Shown in pieces: positions 23,808-36,580 of a DNA stretch of 64,000 nucleotides. The stretch comes from Kudoa neothunni (taxonomy: Eukaryota; Animalia; Cnidaria), in contig OZ199838.1 in assembly GCA_964304625.1 (NCBI GenBank), positions 14,147,061 through 14,211,060 on the forward strand. Direction: 5' to 3'. Each line of letters starts with the position of its first letter. The first letter of the stretch is position 1. Made by a program: the position numbers and the translations under genes. A model generated the notes under the pieces. It worked only from the letters and a program-made list of their open reading frames with translations. It made no database searches and had not been told where the DNA came from.

Positions 23808-25863
23808 CTATTGATGAAAATGAGCCGAAATATTTCTAATCAGATCATTCACTGAATGAGGCCAATTCCCGAATACCGGATCCTCCGGACTTTCTGCCTC
23901 GTCCGTGTATGCTAAATTAACAGTCAAGGTAGAATATTCGACTTAATAAATCACGAATATTCAAGATTGATGTTTCTCCTGGTGGATTTTTTATTAGCAA
24001 TGGCCTTCGTAATGCCTCAGGATGAATGTTGTCTGGATCTATACTATCTTGAGGCACATTAGGTTTGTGGTTGAGTATTTGAACTGGCTCCTTTGATGGC
24101 TCCTCATATGCTGGTAGAGAACCAAAATAGCAAAACACCTTTAAATTATAAAATTATTTATATATATATATATATATATTTAAAAATTGAAAAGTGAAGT
24201 ATATTAATCTTACTTTTATCGGCTTCCCTGTAGGACTTTTCACCCAATATACATCATTATCAGCCTTTGGATCTATATTATAGATTGCTTCACAACCATC
24301 CGCTGGATTCGTCTCAATTCTAATAGTCTGTTAGTTACTTTAGGTAATCATTCAAAAACCTTCCATAATTTCCCAAATGTGGGCGGCTTTGTAATGTCGC
24401 AAAAAATACAACACACGTAAAAAACAAAATCATTTTTAAATACAAAATATCTCTATCTATCCAATTGTTATTGCCATAGATATGGCATAGATGCATTTCG
24501 ATTCAAATTAGGTGTTACCCATTGACGATTCTATTTTGGTCGACGTACTTGTGCCACTGTCTGAATCAGAATCGGCCTCAGATTGCTTTTCTATGCGAGA
24601 ATTATTTAATTACTTTAAAATTACTACCTTGGTTTAATCCATTATCCGTTGGATTTATTTCTTTATTTGCCATGGTCTTCTCACCCTCAGCCGAACCCTT
24701 ACTCATCGCTAAATATTAATAGTATCTACCTAATTAATGAATAATTACCGCCACCTTCTGCATTCCCAAAAGCTTCGTCTGGAGTACTATGCTCCGCACT
24801 TTTTTTCGTCCCAGTACTTCCGCCAGCTGAAACGCTAGATTCGGATTCTTCACTTGATCCCGAAGAAGACAAGCTTGATCCACTGCTCGATCCCTTATTA
24901 GAACCACTACTTCCACCAGCTCCACCTCCGCTAGCTTCACTGCCTCCACCGGCTTCACTACTTCCACCAGCACCACTACTTCCACCGGCTTCACTACTTC
25001 CACCAGCACCACTACTTCCACCGGCTTCACTACTTCCACCAGCACCACTACTTCCACCGGCTTCACTACTTCCACCAGCACCACTACTTCCACCGGCTTC
25101 ACTACTTCCACCAGCACCACTACTTCCACCGGCTTCACTACTTCCACCAGCACCACTACTTCCACCAGCACCACTAATTCCACCAGAAGCAGATCCTGAT
25201 TTTGAGCCACTCTGAGATTTAGTGTTGCTTTGAGTTTTGGTTAATGTTCCAGTCTCCGTGCTAGTTAAGGACTAAAAAGATATATCCAAATGTTACATGA
25301 TATATTTACCTCTGTTGATAATTCCGTCGTTTCCATAGGAGCCGGGCATGCCGGAGGACATGGACATGGAGGAGGACATGGACATGGTGGACAAGGACAA
25401 GGAGTAGCTGGATATGTTGGGCATGGGGGACAAGGAGTTGATGGATATGTTGGACATGGAGGACAAGGAGTTGATGGATATGTCGGGCATGGGGGACACG
25501 GACGTGGTGTATACGCAGGGGGACAAGGAGGGCAACTTGGATTACCTGAGTTGTAAGATATCGGTAAATTAGATAACATATTTTATGAGTGTTCTACCTT
25601 GGGAAGGTGTGAGTGGGGTTAAACACTTCACATCTTGAGGATTTTTTTTGCAGAGGTCGTCTAGATTAATTTCAGCACTAGCTGCAGCATGTACTCCAAC
25701 GTCTTGTCTCTTGAGTTAAGGTCAGAAATCAAATTAACATATCGATTACCTTTGATATGTGTTTACAATATAAAGAATTGAATATTAATATGATAAAAGA
25801 TATTCTAAAAACTTTGGACAAGTTAAAACCGAAAAGAATAGCATAACAAGTACTTCTTCTCAT
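23808..25863 (-). CDS. Secreted Cys/Pro-rich, Gly/Ser-repeat protein with a truncated COLFI/fibrinogen-like motif (~9 exons)
   Basis: The hand-spliced GT-AG model is open from ATG 25863 to TAG 23808. It reads: hydrophobic N-terminus, SK|RQ, CPPCP repeats, (GGSSGA-GGSSEA)n, then NPADGCEAIY...DVYWVKSPTGKPIKVFCY. Confidence 0.75.
24945..25186. repeat. Coding tandem repeat with a 36-bp unit (two 18-bp subunits) encoding GGSSGA-GGSSEA
   Basis: CCACCAGCACCACTACTTCCACCGGCTTCACTACTT is repeated about 5-6 times, almost perfectly. Confidence 0.95.
25400..25500. repeat. Coding 30-bp tandem repeat (PCPPCPTYPS/AT x3)
   Basis: GGATATGTYGGRCATGGRGGACAAGGAGTTGAT-like units are directly visible. Confidence 0.85.
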
Positions 25864-26483
25864 TTTTTGATACGAAATAGGTGTGAGCTTCTTTTGTTAG
25901 CTCAGGCTTTGAAAATAATTCGGTGATATTATCAACTAATTTTTAGATATTTCATAATCCGTTTACTTATGGTTCTAATTTCCATGTATTTATGGCTTTT
26001 TTCACAATTTAGACCAAAAGTCTATTTTAACCGTAAAGGTATAAATGACGGTAATAATTTTAATTTAAATATGCCTTCGGTTGTTTGTGTATGAATCGGC
26101 TATTATACAGACATTTTTGTTATTTTCTGAATAGGATATCAAAACTACCTTTCAATTTAAATATAGTCAGCTATGTGTTAAATAACATTGGAAAGACCCC
26201 ATTTATCCCCAATTGAAAGGTTGTAAATAAGCCATAAATTAAGGTGATTAGGTTTATTAAAATGACTACATAATATTCCACACAAACAGGACACGCAATT
26301 ATATTTGTACATGAGCCGGATTATTATGAAGAAAATATATTCGACCAAAGATATGAAAAAAATTTTTTAAAATACTTTAAAATTAAAATAAACTTTTCTC
26401 GATTTAAAAATATAACTTTATTATTGTGACTAAACTTTATTATGTGGTAAAACATGATATCTTAATCAGTGAATACATCTTTT

Positions 26484-27544
26484 GGCTAAATTACAGTATA
26501 CGTGTCTGACCTCGGGCGAAAAAATTCACACTCTTTAAAAATCGTACGAAACATTTAAATAGTTTATAAATTCATTATATATTTACAAAAGGTGCAAATT
26601 CCTTGTCCAGGGTATTTTCTTCGATACAAGAAATCGGCCACGTATTAAGCAAGACTAAGACTGTCTGGATTTTTATTGGTCGCGTTTCTATATTTACGCT
26701 TGAAAGAACCCCATGTCGCCTCTATTTTATTCGTATAGATGCCTTCATCAGAAACAAATCGGCGCTTATGAATAACGGTTCCGTGGGTAAATCCCAATGT
26801 TTCCAAGCGGTTGTATCCACCCTAACCATCAGTCCAAATAATGGAACCTTCCTCTACATTCTCGCATATGATTTCTTCTAGGACTATGCGATTTCTTTCT
26901 TGAAGTATCTTGGGGAAACAATTATCATCTTCGCCTATTCCCCCAATCAACCAATATTGTTGATTTCGAAGGATGCGCCTCACCATATTTTCACTTTGTT
27001 ATGGCGGTTTCATCGATTTGAACTACAATGTCTTCCCCACCAATTTTTGAAAACTTTTGATACAATATTGAAGCCATTAGATCTTTTACCATTGTTTTCT
27101 AATCACATATTGTTGAATAAGACGAACTATCCAAATGATTGCATAATGTTTCATACGTCATTTTGGGATGTAGTATTATGCAAACAATCAGAAAAAAAGA
27201 TTTCCGTATCGGAATCTTTGACTGTTCAAAAATAGACCCTATTCTTATGGAACATCGCTTGGAGCATTTTTCGTATTTGTATTGGCATCCATCGTCAATA
27301 TCTTTTCTTGAAATTATGTACATACTTCCGCCACAAGAGCAAGCGCGGATACTATTTAATAAACCAATTTTCTGTAAACATTTAATAGTATTCGATAAAT
27401 CCTCTCAAAAATATCCATAATATAATATTTTTATTTGATCAATGTTTTCTAAAGTGAATATTGTTTTAAAAGCATACGTTGGCGGCGAAAACCGAATATT
27501 CAGCAAAGTTAACCGAGGACAGACACATATACCGTAATTTAGCC
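26484..27544 (-). mobile_element. Merlin (ISXO2/IS1595-like) transposon, degenerate
   Basis: TIRs of ~32 bp: GGCTAAATTACAGTATACGTGTCTGACCTCGG and CCGAGGACAGACACATATACCGTAATTTAGCC. The minus strand encodes KIGGEDIVVQIDETAI and a Cys motif followed by SIRIGSIFEQSKIP. Confidence 0.88.
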
Positions 27545-28429
27545 AAAATTTCTTACAAATTATGTTAAATCTTGATCGGATCTCGCACCCCAGGTAGGAA
27601 CCCCAGAACTAGTCATTTTGTTCATTGTTTTCTTCAAATCTACTCGTTTGATTTATCTAATAATTATCATTTAATTATTTACAACATACTCATTACATTA
27701 GAGTAACAAAAAAGTGGGGTTAATTTTACTCCAAAAAACGTTAGAGGATATTATGTCAATAAAATTTTTTCTTTTCATTATTTTTTCCAATTTGTTTGGT
27801 AAAAATAAATAATTATAATTTCCAAGAATAGTGAAAATTTGGTGAGATTTAATAAATGAAATAAAAAGATATGATGAATACAAAATCGCTTTGGAGAAAA
27901 ATTTCCCCCCCTCCTCTCCCTCCCAAAATCGTTAGAGGATTAATCCCAACAACTTTTACTTACAACCTATGTAAAGATTTAATTTCGCAGAATCTGTCAC
28001 ATTTAATTATTCTTGACTCCTAAGATCGAAGTGGTGGAACTGAAATAACTAAATATGGTCAAAATAAATGAAACCGTAATATTATTTACTGTGCAAATAG
28101 TCATTTTCTTTAAAAAAATGATTGCGGAGGATTATCCTAGATTTGCATGATATAGCATTTGTCGTTCATTCTGTTATAAGAATATCGTAAATCAAATTAT
28201 GTTTTACTATTAATCCATTTAAGGAAACGAGATTTAATATATCACGGCAATTTAGATCGTAAACATACTTCATATGCAATGATATTTATTCGTTTATTTC
28301 TTAGCGCTTGAAAATAGATGGAATTTACGTTTGTCATGGGCTAACAAAAACATACGGAAGATATATATATATATATATTTCTCGGGGATTTAGATTTAAA
28401 TTAACTTATTTAATTACAATGGTTTAGGT

Positions 28430-29496
28430 CAGGGGTCTCCTTCTCTAATGTGGTCGATGAGAACTTGTAGGGGGTCGATAATTACGCTAGAGGTCAATTG
28501 AGGGTCGATACGTGTTATAGAGATTCCACTGACTTTTATGGGCTCTTAAGGTAATGTTTCCCGTCTTCCTACTACATTATTTAATTATATTAATTGATAT
28601 TACCTCATGGAATTTGTTTTTTATTTTTAAGCTAAAATTAAACGCCACCTTTCCTAGTTATGTAATTCCATGTTTTTCATATATGTAGAGATACTTTTTA
28701 GCTCATAAAAACTAGTGAATAGATTGGCTTTATTTTTCTTAAATATTAATGATCAACAGTACTCATTGTTATTAACAATTTATAAAACAATAACGATAGT
28801 TTATATTAAGTTTATAATCAAATAAGAAGGATAGGTCTGATTTTTAAAATTGATTTGAATCGTAATTACAAAAGCTACGAAAATAAATATAATAATCTGA
28901 AAATGTCGTTTGAATCCCTGCGAATACTTCAAAAACTCTTCAAGCGCTCTCAAGCTAAGGAACATAATCTTAGGGTAAAGATTAAGATATTCTTATTAAC
29001 TTTTAGAGGCGACCATGAAAAAATATTAACTTTTCTATATATGTGTAATTTAATCTTAAAATCTGCCGTTGTATTTATATATGTGCATAAGTATGTAGCT
29101 ATAATCATGTACAAGCAACCTAACATGGTAAGTCAATTGAATATGATTTGTGGTGAAAAATAGATTCATTGCGGTGAATCTTCGAATATAGTTGTTTTAT
29201 GCCATGACTTGATTATAAATATCTGCGTAAATCCACAAATTTCAATTTTTTCCCCAATATATTTTGATATTACATCATTAATAAAAAAATTTTTTTGGGG
29301 TGGGGGTTAATATAATTTTGCATTGTATTATATATTGGAAATAGAATATTAATGGGATATATTGCATACATTTTTAATTGTTGTAGTCAACAAAATGAAT
29401 ATACTCTAATATTTTTAATAACATCTCTGAAAGGGGTCGACGACTAAGTAAATTACCTACACATGGGGTAGACGAAAAAAAGTTTGGAGACCCCTG
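28430..29496. mobile_element. hAT (Buster-type) non-autonomous element
   Basis: TIRs are CAGGGGTCTCC and GGAGACCCCTG, with a perfect 8-bp TSD GTTTAGGT (28422-29 and 29497-504). GGGGTCGA subterminal motifs are repeated. Confidence 0.92.
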
Positions 29497-30307
29497 GTTT
29501 AGGTCAAAACCGAACCTGGGGGTAACGATATTCTTAATTCGTGACTAAATTTAAAAAATTCTTTTATTAACCTTTTTCCCATGATAGTCTTGATAACAAG
29601 ATTATGCTTTTTGTAATCATTAAGTAGGTCGCTTGTGTTGGATTAACGGTCTCACATGTAAACTCTTTGAGAATATACATTTCTAGTTAAAATTTACATT
29701 TATGTTTGATAATTTATAATTATCGCATTTATTTAAACTGTAAAATATAGTTTTGAATAAAAATTGGTGGAGAATTTAATTTTGTTATTAATTAATGCTT
29801 AGAACTAATAATGATCGAATTAGTATTTAAAAATAATCACCACTAATAAACAGCAAAATATCCTTTTATTTTTTATGGTATGTAAACAAAAGAATTATTT
29901 AAAATGTTTTAATAGTCGAATTTTGATACATATATATTATTAGCTTTCAAGTAAAACGTGTCGTTCTATAAAAGTAATTATGCATAGATGAAAAAGTAAG
30001 CAATGTAAATAATGCACGAATATTTTCATTTTTTAATTATAGAGAAACAATCAAACATGAGTGTGTTTTTTCACATGTTTGTTCGACAAACAAGTCGCCA
30101 AGTGATTATTGTAAAAATAAAGAAATCACAAACATGATACTTTGAAGTACCAACTAAATAGACATATATTATTTAAAGGTATAACGGACAAAATAACAAC
30201 ACAAATCCAATTTATATTGAACTCATTTTTAAAACACAACTCAATAATCTCCACCTAATACTTTGTTAGTCTATTTACGTGTGTAATCATAAAGAGAACT
30301 AGTAACT

Positions 30308-31245
30308 ATGCTTCGGAAAGAGATGAAAATATTGCTTTTCATCGCGCTGATTATGTCTATTTATGTTGCTGAATCGGCTGATTGTATCGATCTGATAGGT
30401 TAATGTAAAATTAATTTGCTGTCATAGCTGGAAAAAAGCTGTGTCTAACAGAGGAAGCCAAGAGAAGGTTACAATCAATAACAAATCAAGTATCAGAACC
30501 TCCTCTACTCGCTTCAATAATCGCAAATTCCAATAAAGCTGAAATTATAATGGACAACACCAAATGCAGTGTTCCCAACGAATCTCTCCATCTGTACCAT
30601 GATCCATGTATGTCACATCTAGGAAAGAAAAAATATCAAGCTTTTTTAACTGGGAATGGTGTAAAATCGGTGAACTACTTGGCTTTCACCAGTGAGGGGA
30701 AAATTAAAGATCAAAATAAGTAGGACACTCCACAAACAAACAAACAACCAAATTAATTTATATTTTAGTCAATCATATGGAGTTGAATTTGTACCGTTCG
30801 AAGATCATAAACTATTGGCAATATTGGTACTGACTTTAAATTTTTCTGTGATACATAAAAATAAAACATAGGTCTACAAAATTGCAGATGATAACGTTAG
30901 TGTGGAAGGCGTGATCTCTGGTCTTTATCCCACTGAAGCAACCAAATGTACTCTATTAAATTGTTTTTATTTTCCATGTATCAAATGATTTTATATGTAG
31001 GTGGTTATTTTGATCGAATGCCTAAAAAAGACAAACGTAACTTCAAGATTGCTTGCAGTGCATTTACGATATTTACATTATTTGCGTTCGGGTTGTATAT
31101 GGGTTACGATTTTTGGACACAACAAGAATTCCAAAGACGTCTAAGTTCTTCGCGTCAATACTATATATCACAAAAAGAAAAACGCGAAACCAAGACATCA
31201 ACGCAACCACCATCCGAAGTAATGGCCAGCCATCCAATGGATTGA
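30308..31245 (+). CDS. Hypothetical single-pass type I membrane protein (5 exons, ~250 aa)
   Basis: Signal-peptide-like MKILLFIALIMSIYVAESA, a consistent GT-AG model, a TM segment IACSAFTIFTLFAFGLYMGY and a short cytoplasmic tail. No family recognised. Confidence 0.75.
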
Positions 31246-31749
31246 ATGGATTCGGATATTTGAGTTGAACGCGTAAATGCGATCTTAATATTATGCGTAT
31301 AACTATTACCTTCTTTCTCTATTACTTCTTAAAATTAATTGATATCCTTTTAACTTTTGATGCGCTTTTATCATATAGTAAAATTATATAGGAGTAGGTC
31401 GATTTATCCAATATACCCTTACGAATAATTCGTGATATTAAACCTCTAATGAACTCGTGGTGTATTACATTACAAGTCGACTTAATTTCATTCATAAAAT
31501 CTAGCATTTTCCGTTAAAATTCATAAAATTTTGATTATTCTCATAAATAAATAATATATATTGTTACACAAAGTTTGGAATAAAAATAATCACGAATTAG
31601 CTATGAACAAAAAATTTATCTTCCAGCCAACTTAGGAGTGAAAACAACCTCAGATGTTGTTTAAGACTGTTGTCTACAAAAATTTATTTGAATTGAATAT
31701 GAAGATAGAATACATTCTAAGGACTGATTTTGGAGAAAAATAATAAATA

Positions 31750-32597
31750 CTAGCGCGAACTGCCCAGCGTTGCTTGGGGAAGATTCCGCCTAGAGCCGTT
31801 TTTAATAGCATTCAAAAAATATAATGAAACCTCGAATTAACCCATAGAAACAAAATAACTAAAAATTTTAAGCAACTTACTATAATGATTTGGATTATGC
31901 AACTTAAGTTATGATAATTTCTGTGAAGGAAAATATCAATCCTTGCGTCCATTTAAAAATTTCGTGGCTCGGCACCAACGCTAAACAAGTTAAGGTCAGC
32001 GTTGTATTTTTTTCATCCCGAATTATTTAAATCTTGTTAAAGTGTTATCTAAAACGTTACTTTTTGGCCCAGAGGATTTTTAAAAGTCGAATTCTGGCCC
32101 GGCTCGGTAACTGTGTGTATCATTAACTTTTTAAGAGATAAAAAAATAGAAAAAATAAAAGAGATAGAAGAAAACTTATGAAAATTAACCGATATTGCTA
32201 AAATTAGCGTCGTTTAGCTCGGCATGAACATACATGCGCTTTTATCATAAACAGCCACAAATTGCATCGATTTCAACATAAACAATTTAAATAATTTGGT
32301 GAAATAAAAGTACAACCATCCGCATTGAATTTAATCACGTAAAGTAAAACTTAGCGGACAATTTAATGAAACCTATGAACGCAGTAATTCCATTATAACG
32401 CTTCAATCAACGTAACTTTAACGTTCTCTACGAATTCGTTATTTATGAAACATATATAGATTTTTCATCACATTGAAAACCATTAATAGAACTTATAAAA
32501 TATACTTATCAAGTCATATACGTTAAAACTTCGCAAATAAGGAGTGTGTTTAAACAGACACTCACATAGAAACGCCAACCTTATATATAAAGATAGA
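31750..32597 (-). mobile_element. Non-autonomous Helitron
   Basis: On the minus strand the 5' end is A|TCTATCTTTATATATAAGG. The 3' end has a hairpin CCCAAGCAACGCTGGG followed by CTAG|T. Confidence 0.75.
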
Positions 32598-33438
32598 TAG
32601 AAGCAATTAATGAACATTTAATTGAGAATATAAGGAGGAAAGTCAACTTCAACCGACCATAACCATGAAATAAGCAAGTGCTAATCCCGTAGTTGAACTC
32701 ATTTAATCCGAAAAATAAACTTCGAATCGACGAAATCATCATTTTCTAAACATTTCTGGGAACATTTGTTAGTGTAAACATGATTTAAAAATTTTTTGAA
32801 ACATTGCGATTTTTAAAAAATTTCATATATGCCTCTCTATAAGGAAAAAATTATCTGCACATGCGTACTTAGGGGCACACACACGAACATACTGACAGTC
32901 CTCCTTTATATATAGATAAAGGATTACAACAGTTAATCTTTAATAATCCAATTTAGTGTGTTGATGGTAAAATTCCTCTGGTTTCGTTAACAACTAAATG
33001 CTCTCGTAACGACTAGGAAAAATAAATATCATTAGATTTAGATAATAATAAAATTTTATTATATTGGGGCTTTTCTTTTTCTTATATACAGCAATTTGAA
33101 CTTTAGTTGACCTCCGAAATTTCGCTAAATATTCAACAAATATGCCGAATCGGATTAATGGGATTAAATTAGACAGTGGTTAAGGTTTTTCTCCAAATTC
33201 ATTCGATAGAATTATTTTATGATACACAAGCAATTTTAAAATAATTTTATTGAGATACTAATTTAAAAAAATTTATCTTCATCCCAAAGTTCGTAGGAGA
33301 GTTATCGGGGTTGAATAATTTAAAGAGGTAGTAAACTGAAAGTAAATTATTTTTATTAATTTTATGCGTTGGAATTTAAATTTACATTGTTACTGTTAAA
33401 TATTTTAATGTAAGGAATCCAAGTTTAAAAAGTATGTA

Positions 33439-34480
33439 AGGTAGCGCAGGGTATTTGCGCACTTTTAGAAATGGTATCAAAAATTCAAAATATACGAATT
33501 AACTATAGATATTAATCGTGATATAAGAGTAAAATATATCGATAAATATAATTATAGAATTGAGAAATTAATTTTCGTTTGGAAAATAGGGGTACATGAT
33601 TATTACGCACGTGAAACCTGTTGTTTTAATGTATTGGCATGGTTAATATGCAGTAGGAAAATAGGAAAGATTATCGCATATTTGAAGAAAACGTGTAGAT
33701 TATTAAATAATTGGAAAAATTAGGAACTAAGAGTAACTCTAAAGCGAACATCGTTGGGCGCTCCGGCCATAAATCAGTCACCACATTGAATACAATTGTA
33801 TCAATAAAATCAAAAATATTCGAAGATTTTATTTCCAGTAATTTAAGATTTTATCGCAAAACTCATAAAAAATTCAAACTACTCGATATAAGAATGAATG
33901 AATCGAATTTTCGAAAACGAGAATTATAAAGCTGTCCAGAGAGCACAATATAATAGGAAAATAAATTAGCTAATAGCATAAAAGACGATATGAAAGACAA
34001 CACTCTTATAACCGCCGGCTGAAGACAGTTCCATAAGTTTGCTTCGAGAGTTAGTCTAAAATTGAACAAATTAAATAGAAAATCTAAAAGAAATAAAGAA
34101 ATTATTCAAGATCGATCACACCGAAATGCAGTAACAGATTAAAAAGTTAAATTTTTTCTTTTGCAAAATAAAATAAACTTCGTTTAAAATAAGAGAAATA
34201 ACAAATTCCTTGTTGAAAAATTAATTCTGTTTTAAACTAGCTTATTTATTTTCAAAATACTCCGTGAACAATAAAAAAATTATTACGAGAATTTTTCAGA
34301 TCTTTCTATTAACGTTATTGTTAGTGCAACGAGGATGAATAAAAACCAGAAAAAGTGGTCGCTCAACCGCCAAATTTTCCCCCTCATGTGCAAGCGCTAA
34401 AGCATGGATATTAAGTGAGGCAGGGTTATTACGCACTCTAGTCTTTGTCCCAAAGAGTGCGCAGTATCCCTGCACAACCG
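33439..34480. mobile_element. TIR element, pogo/Tigger-like remnant
   Basis: Inverted ends GGTAGCGCAGGGTATTTGCGCACTTT and AAAGAGTGCGCAGTATCCCTGCACAACC, with internal copies of the motif at ~33590 and ~34420. The superfamily call is tentative. Confidence 0.65.
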
Positions 34481-34928
34481 TTTTTTATAGATCTATCTTT
34501 TGCAGACCATCGATATTATTCTACAATCCTTTATGTATATTTTATTCATTGTAGGTGCCAACAAATATATTTTTGCTGGATGAGAAATAAAATTTTTAAG
34601 TTAAAACTCTTGTTTACAGCAAAATTTTTGAATCAAATCACTCATAAAACCTTAAAATATACGTCAAAATCAAAACCTCGATATATTATATTCAATTTGC
34701 ACTATATTCAGATCTGACTGTATGTAGAAAACATATATGTTGTTCGCCTAATAGCTGAACCCAAGCTTAAACAACTTTAGATGCTTAATGTAAATTTTCT
34801 AAGATACAAATGTGATTAACATAATCAATCTAGTCCTTAATCATGAATATTCAATTTGAAAGCATTATAAATAAGAAGCATTGCTAACATAAAAAATGAT
34901 TTATACCAGAAAATTATTTTAAAGGGGA

Positions 34929-36580
34929 TTAGACATTATTTAGGTTGAATTCTTGAAAGAAGGACGAAAGAGTTTGAAAAGTGGGTCGTTTTTGGGGATC
35001 ATGATTCCAACATTGGGTCATAATTTTATAAATCGTTTTTTGACATTTTTTAGGGCAAGACAAACGATACCCATTCTGTAACATTGACAAAATGTCTTTG
35101 TTACGTAATGAACCATAGGGTTTGGCTCCATTAGTGACTACTTCATACATTACAACTCCAAAGGACCAAACGTCAGATTTGCTAGAAAATTCTCTGCTGG
35201 ATATGACTTCTGGTGCCGACCATCTGAGTGGAATTTTTCGAGGGGGCTGAGTGGAGTTGTTCGCTCTCTCAAGGAAGTTTGTCAGCCCAAAATCAGCTAT
35301 TTTAAACTTTGGCTCATTACTCACTAGTATATTTCTTGCAGCCAAATCCCTATGAACCAGATTATTGACCTCCAAATAGCACATTCCTATAGCCGCCCAA
35401 TAACTAAACACATATTTACAAACAACTGTTTACCATTTGAAATCTGTTTAAAAATGTTAATCTGCTTATGGATTGGAATGATTTTGGTATTTTGAGATTT
35501 CATATAGTCCAACAAATTCCCATTTTCCATATACTCCATAACAATAAACATTGGTTTGTGATTACAACAAATTCCCAGCAACTAATCGTTATTAAATTTC
35601 GGTTACTCAACCGAATAATAATTGAAATTACATCGACTAAATTTGGATGATTGAGCTTTTTCATAATGTTGGCTTCATTCAGGAATTGATCGAAAGTCAT
35701 AGATTCGAGTTTAAACATTTTAACCGCAACAAAATATTTATTTTTGTATGTGGCTTTCCATACCACACCAAAATTTCCCTTGCCAATCATTTCTACGAAT
35801 TTGAAATTTTCTTTTTTCACATACCAAGTATTGTCATCAGGTGATAATGATGGGATTAGTTTGAGGGGGAAATTAGTAAGTCGAACACATAACTCCTCGC
35901 TAGTATTCAGTCGGTAGTATGTGACCAGTTGTTCCAATGTCGAAAATGTAGAATTTATGGATATATAAAATTGTTGTTCCTTAGTTTGTTTTATCCTATA
36001 ATGTTTAACCACCAACGTTCCATCGTAAACACTCAGCGTATAAATAGCTTCAGACTTGTGGTAGCAATCTCTAACGAGGAATGTCCCTTTAACGATAGAC
36101 TTTAACAAATGCTTCTCACTCACATGCTTGCTAATATACCCAAAATACCAACTAAACGATTCATAATAATATTTTGCACTAAGAACCTATAAATCTATAC
36201 GGTTCGTCTTTGATATCGTTTAAGATTTTGACATAGTTGCTCGGTACAAAACCACTTGTTTGGTTCACTACGCTTTCACAGAACCACCAATAGGGGTCAG
36301 AGTTTCTTTTCAATATTAGTTTATCTCCTTTTTTTACACTAAGATCTCCGGTCCTTTTTCCCCTGAAGTCATACAACACCAACAATTTCGTGATAGTTTT
36401 GCAATTTTTTTCTGTGAAACCACCGAATGTCTTGCACTTTTTCAAAGCACAGTCAGGAGAAATTTTTTCTGCATCATTTCCATTCCTTGGTTTGTGCCCA
36501 GTCTCAAACCCATTGTTAGCCTCATAACGCTTTTGGATTGTAGATTTTGGCACTCCGATTTTACTACTGCTGTTACCCAT
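34929..36580 (-). CDS. Src-related non-receptor tyrosine kinase (myristoylation motif, SH3, SH2, TK); 4 exons
   Basis: Contains MGNSSSK; SH3 LYDF...DLSVKKGD...WW...GFVPSNYV; SH2 GTFLVRDC...KHYRIK; kinase IGKGNFGVVW, VAVK, HRDLAARN, DFG, PLRWSAPE and SDVWSFG. Confidence 0.95.

Noticed and set aside
24734-25210. ORF-track protein with VEVVVLVEVVKP repeats
   Set aside because: It is an alternative frame of the Gly/Ser repeat; splice phases support the GGSS frame.
25290-25556. Plus-strand Gly/His-rich ORF (GHGGQGVDGYV)
   Set aside because: It is the antisense shadow of the Cys/Pro exon, which has proper splice sites and an upstream signal peptide.
23808-25863. Calling the secreted protein a minicollagen
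   Set aside because: It has no Gly-X-Y triplets and lacks the canonical CXXXCXXXCXXXCXXXCC spacing.
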